From Alphaproteobacteria bacterium (GTDB lineage: Bacteria; Pseudomonadota; Alphaproteobacteria; SP197): a stretch of 64,000 nt of DNA. This document shows, in pieces, positions 1-9,930 of the stretch. Under the pieces are notes generated by a model that made no database searches, was not told where the DNA came from, and worked only from the letters and a program-made list of their open reading frames with translations. The position numbers and the translations under genes are program-made. Position 1 is the first letter of the stretch. The number at the start of each line of letters is the position of its first letter. The stretch lies in assembly GCA_964291415.2 (NCBI GenBank), contig OZ219918.1:960001-1024000 (forward strand), read 5' to 3'.

Positions 1-78
1 GGTCTTGCGGCTGTGAGTGGGCGTCGAGGTCGAGAGGTTTCTGAAATCCGTGGAGCGGCGCTTTGCTGATGACACCCT

Positions 79-1260
79 TCAGGCCTTCTCCCGTCGCTCG
101 AATCGCTCAAGCATGTCGCTCAGGGCGTCCAGGGGAACGACTTCTCCGTCTTTGCGTGACTGCCGGTCCGAGCCTCCGTAGATGACTGCCCTCGCGCCGA
201 TTGGCGGCAGGGCTTTCGCCACCCGGTTGAGCGAATTGAACCAGTCGGAGGCGACCGTCGCGCCGGACTTGATCTCGATGGCCCCCATGCCGCTGCCGTT
301 CTCAAGGAGCAGGTCGCATTCCAGACCGCTGCTGGCACGGAAGAAGGACAGGTTGGACCGGCGTCCGCGATTGAAGCGATGCTTGAGCACCTCCACCACC
401 ACGGCATTCTCGAACAGCGGCCCACGAAGCGGATGGGTGCCGATCTGCCCTGCGTGGTCGATGCCGATGAGGTGGCTCGCCAACCCGACATCGTAGAAGT
501 AGAGCTTCGGTGTCTTGACCAGTCTCTTGCGGATGTTGGCGTGAAATGGCGGGAGCCGGAACACGACATAGCTCGCTTCCAGGACCGTAAGCCAGTGGCT
601 TGCCGTGGTGTGGGATACGCCGGCGTCCGCGCCAAGGGACGACAGGTTGGCCAATTGGCCTACGCGCCCGGCGCAAAGGCGGACAAACCGGCGGAAGTTA
701 GCGAGATTGCGGATCTCGCCGATCCTGCGCACGTCGCGCTCGACATAGGTCTCGAAGTAGTCGCCAAGAGCCTGCCGGGGTTCGAGCTTCCGGTCGTGAA
801 TCCGGGGATAGAAGCCGGAGTACAGGATGTCGTCGATGCGGTCGCTCGCACCCGTCTGCCGGCGTTCTGCGAGCGAGAACGGCAGCAGGCGAAGCAATGC
901 CGTGCGCCCGGCAAGCGACTGGCTTATGGCGTTGGTGAGCCGGAAGTGCTCGCTTCCGGTCAGAACGAAGAGGCTGTTCCGTCCCGCCTCGTCTGCCAGA
1001 ACCTGAAGGTAGGACAGGAGATCGGGGGCACGCTGGATTTCGTCCAGGATGGCCCCTTCGCCAAGGCGGGCGAGAAAGCCCCGGGGATCGGATTCTGCAA
1101 ACTCCCGCTGATCGGGCGCTTCCAGATTGACATAGTCAAGATGCGGGAAGGCCGCGCGGCAGAGCGTGGTCTTGCCCGACTGTCGGGGCCCGGTCACGGT
1201 GACGAATGGGTACTGTTCGAACAATCCGACCAGGCAAGGTGTGATTTCGCGCTCGATCAT
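79..1260 (-). CDS. AAA+ ATPase (AAA_14 + DUF4143 family)
   Basis: Starts MIEREIT; Walker A GPRQSGKTT, Walker B ILDEIQ, LTGS, SLAGR, KTPKLYFYDVGL, C-terminal ECDLL...IEIKS. Confidence 0.9.
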   Translation of the reverse strand: MIEREITPCLVGLFEQYPFVTVTGPRQSGKTTLCRAAFPHLDYVNLEAPDQREFAESDPRGFLARLGEGAILDEIQRAPDLLSYLQVLADEAGRNSLFVLTGSEHFRLTNAISQSLAGRTALLRLLPFSLAERRQTGASDRIDDILYSGFYPRIHDRKLEPRQALGDYFETYVERDVRRIGEIRNLANFRRFVRLCAGRVGQLANLSSLGADAGVSHTTASHWLTVLEASYVVFRLPPFHANIRKRLVKTPKLYFYDVGLASHLIGIDHAGQIGTHPLRGPLFENAVVVEVLKHRFNRGRRSNLSFFRASSGLECDLLLENGSGMGAIEIKSGATVASDWFNSLNRVAKALPPIGARAVIYGGSDRQSRKDGEVVPLDALSDMLERFERREKA

Positions 1261-1287
1261 GACGCATCGTGATTCATGATCAGTAAT

Positions 1288-1308
1288 ATTGCAAGTTCTA
1301 CTTGCAAT
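1288..1308. promoter_or_regulatory. Perfect inverted repeat ATTGCAAG-N5-CTTGCAAT upstream of the ATPase; putative operator
   Basis: Palindrome read directly, in an AT-rich patch 28-48 bp before the ATG. Confidence 0.5.
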
Positions 1309-1856
1309 TTGCACAACACTGGCGGTTTCTATGGCGCCTGCATTCATCAACCATGTCGATACGGTTCCGCCGGACCCGGTGCTCGTATTGGTGGCCCGGA
1401 GTTCGACAAGGGCACGGGGCTGCAACAATCCTCGCCCCAGGAAACCTTGCGGACGCCGTACTCGACGCCCGGAAGGACTGGAGCGAACATCCTCCATCAC
1501 TTTCACGCGCTGATCCACGACGCGATGGCAGGTTAGCAGCCGGACACACACTGGCTGCAGTTTGCGATTCTATCCTGCGGAGCGCAGGGTGCGTCGTTGG
1601 CGAGTGCCGATAGACCATGTCCAAGGTCGCGATCAAGGCAACATCGATGGGGTTCGCAAGCAGGCGAGCACCGATGATGGTCGGCTCACGTGGCAACGGC
1701 GCCGATGATTTCAGTGCAGGCATGCAAACAGGCGCAGAAATGAACTCGCCGCGTCGATGACCAACTGGATGCCCCGGTCCGCCGTTCCGGTTCCGGCCAT
1801 GTCAAAAGCGTTCGCCGAATCTGTCCACACTTGCTGTTTTCATGGAGTATCCGCCG

Positions 1857-2419
1857 ATCTTGCGGCCGGTGAGTTGGCGTAGAGGTCGAGAGTTTTGTGT
1901 ACCCCGTGGAGCGGCGCTTTGCGGATGATACCTGTCAGGCATTCTCCCGTCCCTCGAATCGTTCAAGCATCTTGCCCAGAGCGGCCAGGGGAACGACTTC
2001 ACCGTCTTTGAGTGACTGCCAGTCCGAACCTCCATAGATCACCGCCCTGGCGACGATCTGAGGCAGCGCCCTTGCTGTCCGGTGGAGCGAATCGAACCAG
2101 TCGGAAATCACTGTCGCGCCGGGCTTGATCTCGATGGCTCCCATGCCGCTGCCTTTCTCAAGGAGCAGGTCGCACTCCAGACCGCTGCTGGCACGGAAAA
2201 AGGACAGGTCGGACCGGCGGCCCCGATTGAAACGGTGCTTGAGCGCTTCCATCACCACGGCATTCTCGAACAGCGGCCCGCGTAGCGGGAGAGTGGCGAT
2301 CTGCCCGGCATGTTCGATGCCGATGAGGTGGCTCGCCAGCCCGACATCGTAGAAGTAGAGCTTGGATGACCTGATCAGCCGCTTGTGGGAAGTGTTGCGG
2401 GCTGGGCGGGAGCCGAAAC
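1857..2419 (-). pseudogene. Degenerate copy of the 3' part of the DUF4143 ATPase plus its downstream flank (direct repeat of about 1-562)
   Basis: KLYFYDVGLASHLIGIEHAGQI...ECDLLLEKGSGMGAIEIK nearly identical to the C-terminus of 79..1260; no Walker motifs; about 80 bp of non-coding flank also similar. Confidence 0.85.
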
Positions 2420-2781
2420 CGTTCAAACTACGTGACGTCAGTGATTGCGGTCGGGGATTGCAGGCTGCGTGACGGCATGGCGGCTGGGAACGCATAGGTG
2501 ACGCCACCTTTGAAGCGCGGGGAAGTCGACCGCCGTCGTCACGGACATCCTTGCCCGTGCCCACCGGGCGAACTCGACGTAGTTTCGGCCAACCCGTATG
2601 GGCATCGAGGAGCCGGCCGAGGAGCGCGTGCGCCGGGACCTGCCCTGCCCTGCGTTCAGGAATTCATCGCCATTGTGGCACGCCCGCAGATCTATGGCCC
2701 GCCATGGTCAACAGTGGAAGGGCTTGGACAGGTGGATGCCAGGCCCGAATCTCCGACATTGGACCCTGGAAACTGACGTTA

Positions 2782-2810
2782 TTGACTGTTGGCGCTCAAG
2801 CACCTACAAC
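2782..2810 (+). promoter_or_regulatory. Sigma70-like promoter TTGACT-17-TACAAC for the NYN gene
   Basis: Near-consensus -35/-10 with 17-bp spacer. Confidence 0.55.
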
Positions 2811-2825
2811 TGGGCACCAATTGCG

Positions 2826-2858
2826 CCCCGCCGGACTCGCCGAAAGGCCCCGGCGGGG
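2826..2858 (+). promoter_or_regulatory. 5' leader stem-loop with GAAA tetraloop
   Basis: CCCCGCCGG pairs with CCGGCGGGG; inner GCC-GAAA-GGC; 17 nt before the NYN ATG. Confidence 0.55.
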
Positions 2859-2875
2859 TTATTGATGCGCGAGTC

Positions 2876-3502
2876 ATGCCAGTCGAGCCAGAAAGTAAAC
2901 GTGCCGTTTCGTTCATCGACGGCCAAAATCTGTTCCGGCATGCCAAGGATGCCTTCGGTCACCATCATCCCAACTACGATCCGGCCAAACTCGCCGCGAC
3001 CGTCCGTGCTGCCAACGGTTGGATCGATGCTGGCGTCCGCTTCTACACCGGCGTTCCGGACGCAGACAGATCGCCGATGTGGCATGCCTACTGGACGCGG
3101 CGTCTTACCGTCATGCGCCGCGCCGGCATCGTCGTAACTTCCCGGCGGCTGCGTTACCGGATCGAGCAAATACGCCTTCCGGATGGCGCGACACACGATG
3201 TGCCGGTGCAGCGGGAGAAGGGGATCGATCTTCGACTGGGCCTCGATGTGGTCCGCATGGCGCGCAACGGCGACCTTGATGTGGCAGTGATCTTCAGCCA
3301 GGACCAGGACCTGGCCGAGGTGGCGCGCGAAGTCCGCGATATCTCGCGGACCCGAAATCTCTGGCTGAAGGTCGTCTCAGCCTATCCCTACGGATCAAGC
3401 GCGAGTTCCACCCGTGGGATTGATCGGACCGACTGGTTCCGGATGGACCGCGAATTCTACGATTCCTGCCTCGATCCGAGAGACTATCGACCTGGCCGCT
3501 GA
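2876..3502 (+). CDS. NYN domain (LabA/DUF88, PIN-like fold) nuclease
   Basis: FIDGQNL, RFYTG, EKGIDLRLGLD and FSQDQDL acidic motifs. Confidence 0.85.
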   Translation: MPVEPESKRAVSFIDGQNLFRHAKDAFGHHHPNYDPAKLAATVRAANGWIDAGVRFYTGVPDADRSPMWHAYWTRRLTVMRRAGIVVTSRRLRYRIEQIRLPDGATHDVPVQREKGIDLRLGLDVVRMARNGDLDVAVIFSQDQDLAEVAREVRDISRTRNLWLKVVSAYPYGSSASSTRGIDRTDWFRMDREFYDSCLDPRDYRPGR

Positions 3503-3726
3503 ACGAACGCATACGCTGCATGTAGCGCAAGCGTGTCGGGAAGGGCCATGCCGCGCGGGCCATGATGTCGGAACAACAGTGAGAGCGATTGATCGCCATC
3601 GCCATTGCAGTGGGAAAGGAGACATCTGCGAATGGTTCGATCGGAGTCCGGCCTGGAGCGCGTCGGATGAAAGTCGCGCGCGTTGTCGATGTCATGTCGG
3701 GAGCCGTGGCGACGTGGCCGGAGAGG

Positions 3727-5088
3727 TCAGGTTGCGAGGAGGGTGTCGATCCAGAGACGGGCGACGTCGAGGTAGAGATCGATGTCGGCCCGGGTCATGG
3801 CGAAGGAGACCGTCGGGCCGGCGGTGGCGGTGGCTTCCCAGATACCGCGGTTGGCCATGAAGATGCGCCGTGAATCGGTGAGAGGGATGTCGGCGAGACG
3901 CGCCGCCTCGGCGCCGCTTCGGGGCTCGTCGCGGTGGTAGAGCCAGCCGGCCCGGCTGTGGAGATGTTGCGCCTTCCAGCCGAGGTTCGCGTCATCGATG
4001 ATCTTCTGGATGCCCCGGGCCAGAACGCCGCCGAGTTCGGATGTTCGCGCGTAGGCCTCGCGGGTCATGACATGGTCAAGGCAGGCGCGGGCGGCGGCAA
4101 ACGAGAGCGCATTGCCGTAGAGCGTGCCGCCGACGGCGAGACCGCCGGCGTCGCCGAACGGATCGAAGAGATGGCGGTCCATCAGTTCCGCGAGGTGTGA
4201 CTCGAAACCGTAGGCGCCGATCGGCACGCCCCCGGCGAAGTTCTTGCCGATGACGACGATGTGCGGATTGAGTTTGGCGTGCCGTGCCAGGCCGCCCCAG
4301 GCGAACATGTGGGTATGGGTCTCGTCGACAACGAGAAGGGTGCCTTGGGACTCGGCAAGCGCGCGCAGGCTCTCGAGAAACCCGTCACGAGGGAGGACCA
4401 GACCGACATTGGTGAGCGCCGGCTCGACGACGAGGGCGGCAATCCTGCCCCCCGCGAGTTCCCGGCGAACGGCTTCAAGGTCGTTGTAGGGCACGATGGT
4501 GGTGTGCCGGCCATGATCGTGCGGCAGTCCCAGGGAACCGGACGACGGTTCATCGTGAGAGTAGTCGGCCAGCGTCTCGTCGATGTGACCGTGGTAGCTG
4601 CCATCGAACATGAGGATGCCGTCCCGCCCTGTGGCAAGGCGCGCCAGGCGCAGCGCCTCGGTCATCGCCGATGACGCAGACAGCGTGAACTGCCAGTAAC
4701 CGAGGACAAACCGGTTGGCGAGATCGCCGGCAACCGACACGGCGTCCTCGCACGGCATGAGGAACTGGCCCCCCGCCCTCATCTGTCGTGACACGGCCTC
4801 CACCACTTCGGGCGTGGCATAGCCCGCCGTCGATGAAAGGTCGGCCTGGTTGAAGTCGACATAGCGGTGGCCGTCCACATCGGTGAACGTGGCCCCGTGT
4901 CCCGATTCCACGAAGACCGGTTCATGATGCTGGAGGCCCCGCATCCATGCCATGGGCACTCCTGACGGCATGAGTTCGCCAGCACGTCGGACAAGGGCTG
5001 CGGACTGCGGTCTCGCCTGGTGAAACCGGTCGTTCTCGCGCCTGACGAGTTCGGCAACGGCGCAACGCCGGATGCGGCGCTCAGACAT
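3727..5088 (-). CDS. Class III PLP aminotransferase (glutamate-1-semialdehyde aminomutase-like)
   Basis: DVDGHRYVDF, FDGSYHGH, VVEP, LVVDETHT, IGKNFAGGVPIG, GGTLYGN. Confidence 0.85.
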   Translation of the reverse strand: MSERRIRRCAVAELVRRENDRFHQARPQSAALVRRAGELMPSGVPMAWMRGLQHHEPVFVESGHGATFTDVDGHRYVDFNQADLSSTAGYATPEVVEAVSRQMRAGGQFLMPCEDAVSVAGDLANRFVLGYWQFTLSASSAMTEALRLARLATGRDGILMFDGSYHGHIDETLADYSHDEPSSGSLGLPHDHGRHTTIVPYNDLEAVRRELAGGRIAALVVEPALTNVGLVLPRDGFLESLRALAESQGTLLVVDETHTHMFAWGGLARHAKLNPHIVVIGKNFAGGVPIGAYGFESHLAELMDRHLFDPFGDAGGLAVGGTLYGNALSFAAARACLDHVMTREAYARTSELGGVLARGIQKIIDDANLGWKAQHLHSRAGWLYHRDEPRSGAEAARLADIPLTDSRRIFMANRGIWEATATAGPTVSFAMTRADIDLYLDVARLWIDTLLAT

Positions 5089-6184
5089 TGAAGCGGAAGC
5101 AGAAGACATCGCCATCCATCACCTTGTAGTTGCGACCTTCGCGGCGCATCAGGCCCCGTGACCGCGCATCCTGCTCGCTGGCACAGGCGACAAGGTCACA
5201 ATGGGCAATGGTCTCCGCGCAGATGAAGCCGCGCTCCATGTCGCTGTGGACGGTTCCCGCGGCCTGGGCTGCCGTGGCGCCGTTCGTGATCGACCAGGCG
5301 CGCGCCTCCTTCGGTCCCGTGGTGAAGAATGTGATGAGCCCGAGCATCTCGTGGGTGGCGCGGATGATGCGACTGAGACCAGGCTCTCCCAGACCGAGTT
5401 CCTCGAGAAAGGCCTCGCGTTCGTCCCCGCCGGGCAGTGCGGCGAGTTCGGATTCCAGGGAGGCGGCAACGGCGACCGCGCGGCTGCCGTTGCGCTCGGC
5501 AAGGCACCCCACCTCGCGGACGAGAGGGTTGCAGTCCGCTACGGCATCGTCGTCGACGTTGCACACGTAGAGGACCGGCCGGGCAGTCAGCAAGTGCAGC
5601 ATGGCGAATGCCTTCGCCTCGCCCAGGGAGAGTTGAACGGAGCGCGCCGGCCTTCCGGCGGCAAGAGCCTCGAGCGCCCGCTGCATGAGAGGCAGGATCT
5701 CTGCCGCTTCCCTGTCACCACCCGCAGCGCGCTTCGACGCCGCCTCGGTCCGTCGCTCCAGACTCTCCAGATCGGCCAGCATGAGTTCTGTTTCGATGGT
5801 TTCGATGTCGCGCAGCGGATCGACCGCGCCATCGACGTGGGCGACGTCGCCGCCTTCGAAGCAGCGGACAAGGTGGAGGATGGCATCGACTTCGCGGATG
5901 CTGGCGAGAAACCGGTTTCCCAGGCCCTCGCCCCGACTCGCCCCCTTGACCAGACCGGCGATGTCGAGGAATTCGATATGGTTGCGGACGGCCTTCGGTG
6001 CCTGGCTGAAGGCGGCAAGGGCGTCGAGACGCTCATCGGGCACGCTGACGCGTCCGATGTTGGGCTCGATGGTCGAGAACGGAAAGTTGCCGACCTGGGC
6101 TGCCGCCGTTGACGTCAGGGCATTGAAGAGCGTCGACTTGCCGACATTGGGCAGACCGACGATGCCGCACCTAATGCCGGACAT
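5081..6184 (-). CDS. ychF: Redox-regulated ATPase YchF
   Basis: GIVGLPNVGKSTLFNALT, DIAGLVKGASRGEGLGNRFL, ends FRFNV. Confidence 0.97.
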   Translation of the reverse strand: MSGIRCGIVGLPNVGKSTLFNALTSTAAAQVGNFPFSTIEPNIGRVSVPDERLDALAAFSQAPKAVRNHIEFLDIAGLVKGASRGEGLGNRFLASIREVDAILHLVRCFEGGDVAHVDGAVDPLRDIETIETELMLADLESLERRTEAASKRAAGGDREAAEILPLMQRALEALAAGRPARSVQLSLGEAKAFAMLHLLTARPVLYVCNVDDDAVADCNPLVREVGCLAERNGSRAVAVAASLESELAALPGGDEREAFLEELGLGEPGLSRIIRATHEMLGLITFFTTGPKEARAWSITNGATAAQAAGTVHSDMERGFICAETIAHCDLVACASEQDARSRGLMRREGRNYKVMDGDVFCFRFNV

Positions 6185-6767
6185 CGCCGTCACCGGGTTC
6201 CGGTCCGACCAGGAGGGCGACCCGGCTCTGGAACCTGTCATCCGCACCGTCGGCGAGGAATGGCGCGGCATCGGCGATCGCATCGAGAACGACGTCGACC
6301 CGCCGGCGTTCCGAAGCCGGAAAGTCCTTCAGGACGTGACCGATCACAAAGTCCCTGTGGCCTGGATGACTGACTCCGATCCTCACGCGCCGGTAGTCCG
6401 CGCCGATATGGGCGTGAATGCTCCTGATGCCGTTGTGCCCGGCATGGCCACCTCCCTGTTTCACCCGCACCTTGCCCAGCGCCAGGTCGATCTCGTCATA
6501 GAGGACGACGATTCCGGATCCAGGCAGGTGGAAGAACCGGACGATCTCACCGAGGGCCCGCCCCGAGTTGTTCATGTAGACGAGGGGCTTGAACAGCAGT
6601 GTCTTCAGTCCGCCGAGCACGCCTTCGGCGGCTTCACCGTGGAATCGCTTCCGCCAGGCGCCAAATCCGTGTGCTGCCGCGATCCTGTCGACCGCCATGA
6701 AGCCGATGTTGTGGCGCTGGCGCGCATGCCGGGTACCGGGGTTGCCCAGCCCGGCGAGCAGCAACAT
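6171..6767 (-). CDS. pth: Peptidyl-tRNA hydrolase
   Basis: LAGLGNPG, RHNIGF, YMNNSG, GGHAGHNGIRSI. Confidence 0.96.
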   Translation of the reverse strand: MLLLAGLGNPGTRHARQRHNIGFMAVDRIAAAHGFGAWRKRFHGEAAEGVLGGLKTLLFKPLVYMNNSGRALGEIVRFFHLPGSGIVVLYDEIDLALGKVRVKQGGGHAGHNGIRSIHAHIGADYRRVRIGVSHPGHRDFVIGHVLKDFPASERRRVDVVLDAIADAAPFLADGADDRFQSRVALLVGPEPGDGDVRH

Positions 6768-6792
6768 GTCAGGACCGTGCAGGACGACCGGT

Positions 6793-7452
6793 TTACTCTC
6801 CGGTATCGACGTCTCCCGCATCCACGCCTTCCTCGGCGTCTTCCTCGTCCACCTCTTCTTCCTCGTCTTCGACAAGGTCGGTCGCCACCGTCGGTGCGGC
6901 GATCGTGGCAATGGTGAAGTCCCGGTCGTCGATCGTGGGCGCGACTTCAGCCGGCAGGCTGACGGCGCTGATGTGGACGCTGTCGCCAATGTCGAGCCCT
7001 GCCAGATCAATCTCGATGGTGTCGGGAATGGCGTTGGCCGGGCAGTGGCACTCGATTTCGTGGCGCACGACATTGAGCACGCCGCCACGGCGCAGACCCT
7101 GACAGTCCTCCTCGTTGACGAAGGTGACAGGGATGTTGACCGCGATGGTCGAATCCGCGGTGACCGCGAGAAAATCGACATGCAGGATGGTGTCGGTGAC
7201 CGGATGGAGCTGCAGGTCGCGCGCCACCACATCGAGATTTCGGTCCGCCACCTTCAGGCGATACAGCGTGGAAAAGAACCCCGCGGTTCCGGCTTCGCGG
7301 GCGAGTACGTCGCGCGGCACCGAGATGGAGATGTTCTCGAGGCTGGCGCCGTAGACCACGCCCGGGATCAGACCATTGCGCCGCGCCTCGCGGGCGGCAC
7401 CGGTCCCGGAACGACTGCGCAGTTCGGCTGCAATGGTGGCCTGGTTGTCCAT
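6793..7452 (-). CDS. rplY: 50S ribosomal protein L25/Ctc
   Basis: RRNGLIPGVVYG, LQLHPVTDTILHVDF, acidic tail; prs-rplY-pth-ychF synteny. Confidence 0.96.
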   Translation of the reverse strand: MDNQATIAAELRSRSGTGAAREARRNGLIPGVVYGASLENISISVPRDVLAREAGTAGFFSTLYRLKVADRNLDVVARDLQLHPVTDTILHVDFLAVTADSTIAVNIPVTFVNEEDCQGLRRGGVLNVVRHEIECHCPANAIPDTIEIDLAGLDIGDSVHISAVSLPAEVAPTIDDRDFTIATIAAPTVATDLVEDEEEEVDEEDAEEGVDAGDVDTGE

Positions 7453-7480
7453 GTTTTCATACTCCGGGCAGAAACGTGAC

Positions 7481-8413
7481 CTAGTCGAAGAGGCTGGATA
7501 CCGAGCTTTCCTCGCTGATTCTCTGGACGGCGCTGGCCATGAGCGGAGCCACGGTGATCACCCTCAGAGTCCGGGACTCCAGGACCTCCGGGGTCGGCTC
7601 GATCGAATCCGTGATTGTCATGCTGGCGATCTCCGATGCATCAATCCGTTCGACAGCACAGCCAGACAACACGCCGTGAACAATGTAGGCGTCGACCCCG
7701 GAGGCACCCGCTTCGAGCAACGCTGTCGCTGCGTTGCACAGTGTGCCGCCTGAATCGACGATATCATCGACAATGATGCAGCGCCGGCCATTGACGTCCC
7801 CGATGATGTTCAACACCTCGGAAACTCCGGCGCGCTCGCGGCGCTTATCGACGATTGCAAGGTCCGCGTCAAGCCGCTGGGCGACCTGGCGGGCGCGGAA
7901 GACGCCACCGACGTCCGGGGAGACGATGGTCAGGTTGCTGTCGCCGAGCGTCGCGCGGATATCCTGAACCATACCGGGGGCGGCGTAGAGGTTGTCGACC
8001 GGGATGTCGAAGAATCCCTGGATCTGGCCGGCATGGAGGTCCAGTGTCAGGATGCGGTTGGAGCCGGCTTCGGTGAGGAGGTTGGCCACGAGCTTGGCCG
8101 AAATCGGGGTGCGAGATCCGACTTTCCTGTCCTGGCGGCCGTATCCGAAGTAGGGGATCACGGCGGTGATGCGCCGGGCCGACGCGCGGCGCAGGGCATC
8201 GATCGTGATCAGCAGTTCCATGACGTGATCGTTTGCCGGGAAGGAGGTCGACTGGATCACGAAGACGTCCTCTCCACGCACGTTCTCGTGGACCTCGACA
8301 AACACCTCCATGTCGGCAAAGCGCCGGATGCTGGCGTCGGCAAGGCTGAGGCCAAGACCGGCGGCCATGGCCTCGGCCATCGGCCGGTTGCTGTTGCCGG
8401 AGACAAGTTTCAT
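7481..8413 (-). CDS. prs: Ribose-phosphate pyrophosphokinase
   Basis: [33 protein letters not shown]. Confidence 0.97.
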   Translation of the reverse strand: MKLVSGNSNRPMAEAMAAGLGLSLADASIRRFADMEVFVEVHENVRGEDVFVIQSTSFPANDHVMELLITIDALRRASARRITAVIPYFGYGRQDRKVGSRTPISAKLVANLLTEAGSNRILTLDLHAGQIQGFFDIPVDNLYAAPGMVQDIRATLGDSNLTIVSPDVGGVFRARQVAQRLDADLAIVDKRRERAGVSEVLNIIGDVNGRRCIIVDDIVDSGGTLCNAATALLEAGASGVDAYIVHGVLSGCAVERIDASEIASMTITDSIEPTPEVLESRTLRVITVAPLMASAVQRISEESSVSSLFD

Positions 8414-8577
8414 GAAGCGTTCCGCACCCTCCAATGCCGGGCACTCATAGCGAAGGGCGTCCGGCAGCGCAATTCCTGTCAGGCGGTGCAGATGACGCGG
8501 ATCCTCCGGCCATGGTTCGGTTCATGCCGGAGTACGCTCCGGCGACAGCTAGTGAAGCACTCCTCCTCGTGACCAGT
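8294..8577. repeat. Left copy of a degenerate about 280-bp direct repeat (prs 5' end intact, pgeF 3' end decayed)
   Basis: Aligns by eye to 11973-12242 (shared catggcctcggccatcggccggtt, gaagcgttccgca, aatgccgggcact, aagggcgtccggcag, cggttcatgccggag). Confidence 0.9.
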
Positions 8578-8583
8578 CCTCAT

Positions 8584-8910
8584 TCAGTCCGTAACCCGAT
8601 GGATGCGTTGATGCAGATCGCTCGATAGCGTCTCTATTGCGCGAGGGACCAAAGGCAGCAGGTCCGCAAGACGGTTTCGCGGCGCCAGCATGAGGATGAC
8701 CGGGAGCGGTAGTGCATTGAGGTTCTGCTGATGTTCGATACCGCGGTCGACGGTGATCATCGCATCAATACCATCATCGGCGGCAAGCGCCATCAGGGGA
8801 CCATTCTCAACTCCCGCCCAACCCATTTGTTGGACCGTACGCACCGTGAACACTTGGGGAAAGGATCCGGCAAGACGCCTTGGCACCGATTCATCAAACA
8901 GCAGCTTCAT
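8584..8910 (-). CDS. DUF5615 PIN-like toxin (VapC45-like)
   Basis: MKLLFDESVP, GWAG.ENG.L, MITVDRGIEHQQNL; overlaps the DUF433 gene. Confidence 0.85.
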   Translation of the reverse strand: MKLLFDESVPRRLAGSFPQVFTVRTVQQMGWAGVENGPLMALAADDGIDAMITVDRGIEHQQNLNALPLPVILMLAPRNRLADLLPLVPRAIETLSSDLHQRIHRVTD

Positions 8911-9118
8911 CGTCACCGATCACCAACATCCTGGTTGCACGTTCGAGTAACGCGACCGCTTGGTGCCGCGAGACCGTCGGGTAGTCGTCCAGAAAGTCGT
9001 CCAGCCGGTCCCCTGCTTCAAGATGCTCCATGAGGATGCGCACGGGAACCCTGGTTCCCGCGAAAACGGGCGTGCCGCCGAGGATGTCCGGGTTCCGGTC
9101 AATCAGCCTATCGGTCAT
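8894..9118 (-). CDS. DUF433 antitoxin-like protein
   Basis: PDILGGTPVFAGTRVPV...LDDFLDDYPTVSR. Confidence 0.9.
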   Translation of the reverse strand: MTDRLIDRNPDILGGTPVFAGTRVPVRILMEHLEAGDRLDDFLDDYPTVSRHQAVALLERATRMLVIGDDEAAV

Positions 9119-9178
9119 TGCATTGCTCCGTGCCAGAAGACGTGGATGTTGAGCGATTCTGCCATCATTGTCGTTCAA

Positions 9179-9930
9179 CTAGCGAGGCTTCGCCTCAGAC
9201 CGACGAAGTTTGGTTTGTTGGTGTGAAGGAGGACTCCGCCCGCTGTTTCGCTCCGCGGTGTGACCCGCCTGATACAGCCCGAGGGCCAAGTTGGCTTATG
9301 ATAGCCATGTGGGGAACCCATCGTTCGGAGTCCAGAAGATGACAACAGCGCGATCTGCCGGTGTCGTCCTCGAGAATCATGTGACGCTGGATCTTGAACG
9401 CCTCGACAGGCTGTATCTCGACGCCTGCGTACCGATGCTGCAGACGGGCGGAGGGACGGCCTGGTTCTTTCGCGAAGTGCGGGGCAATCCCGTTCCCATC
9501 GGTCCTGATGGCGCCGATGACCCGGCGGCTCGTGACAAGTCTGGAGCGCTTTGCCCAGCATCAGGGTGTGGACCTTGTCAGCCTCAGAAAAGGTGAGCGC
9601 AAGGACGACGTGACGAAGAAGTACCTTCGTCGCTGGTCCGGTGGCGAGGATGTTCTCTACATTGGCAAGGCCCAGGAGAAGGCCCGTGTGCTGCGCACGC
9701 AAAGTCGTGTGGATCCCGTCACCGGCAAGGCGTCTCCCGAACTGGTCCCCAGCACGGCGATTGTCAATGCCTGCTACATCTACCTCGTCGACGACGACTT
9801 CGGCCCCTGCTTCGTCAAGTTCCGTTCGTACTTCCCCTACAATGCCAAGCTGTGCCTCAACGGTCACGAGACCTTGAAGCGGCAGCTGGGCAAGCGCCGG
9901 GTGTCCGCCCTGCGCTTCGGCGACTCCCGG
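9179..9930 (+). mobile_element. Truncated, frameshifted remnant of an IS-like element of a poorly characterised family
   Basis: HVTLDLERLDRLYLDACVPMLQ, frameshift near 9495, YIGKAQEKA, YIYLVDDDFGPCFVKF.SYFPY...LNGHE, then SALRFGDSR; begins at CTAG with a hairpin-containing leader. Confidence 0.55.
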
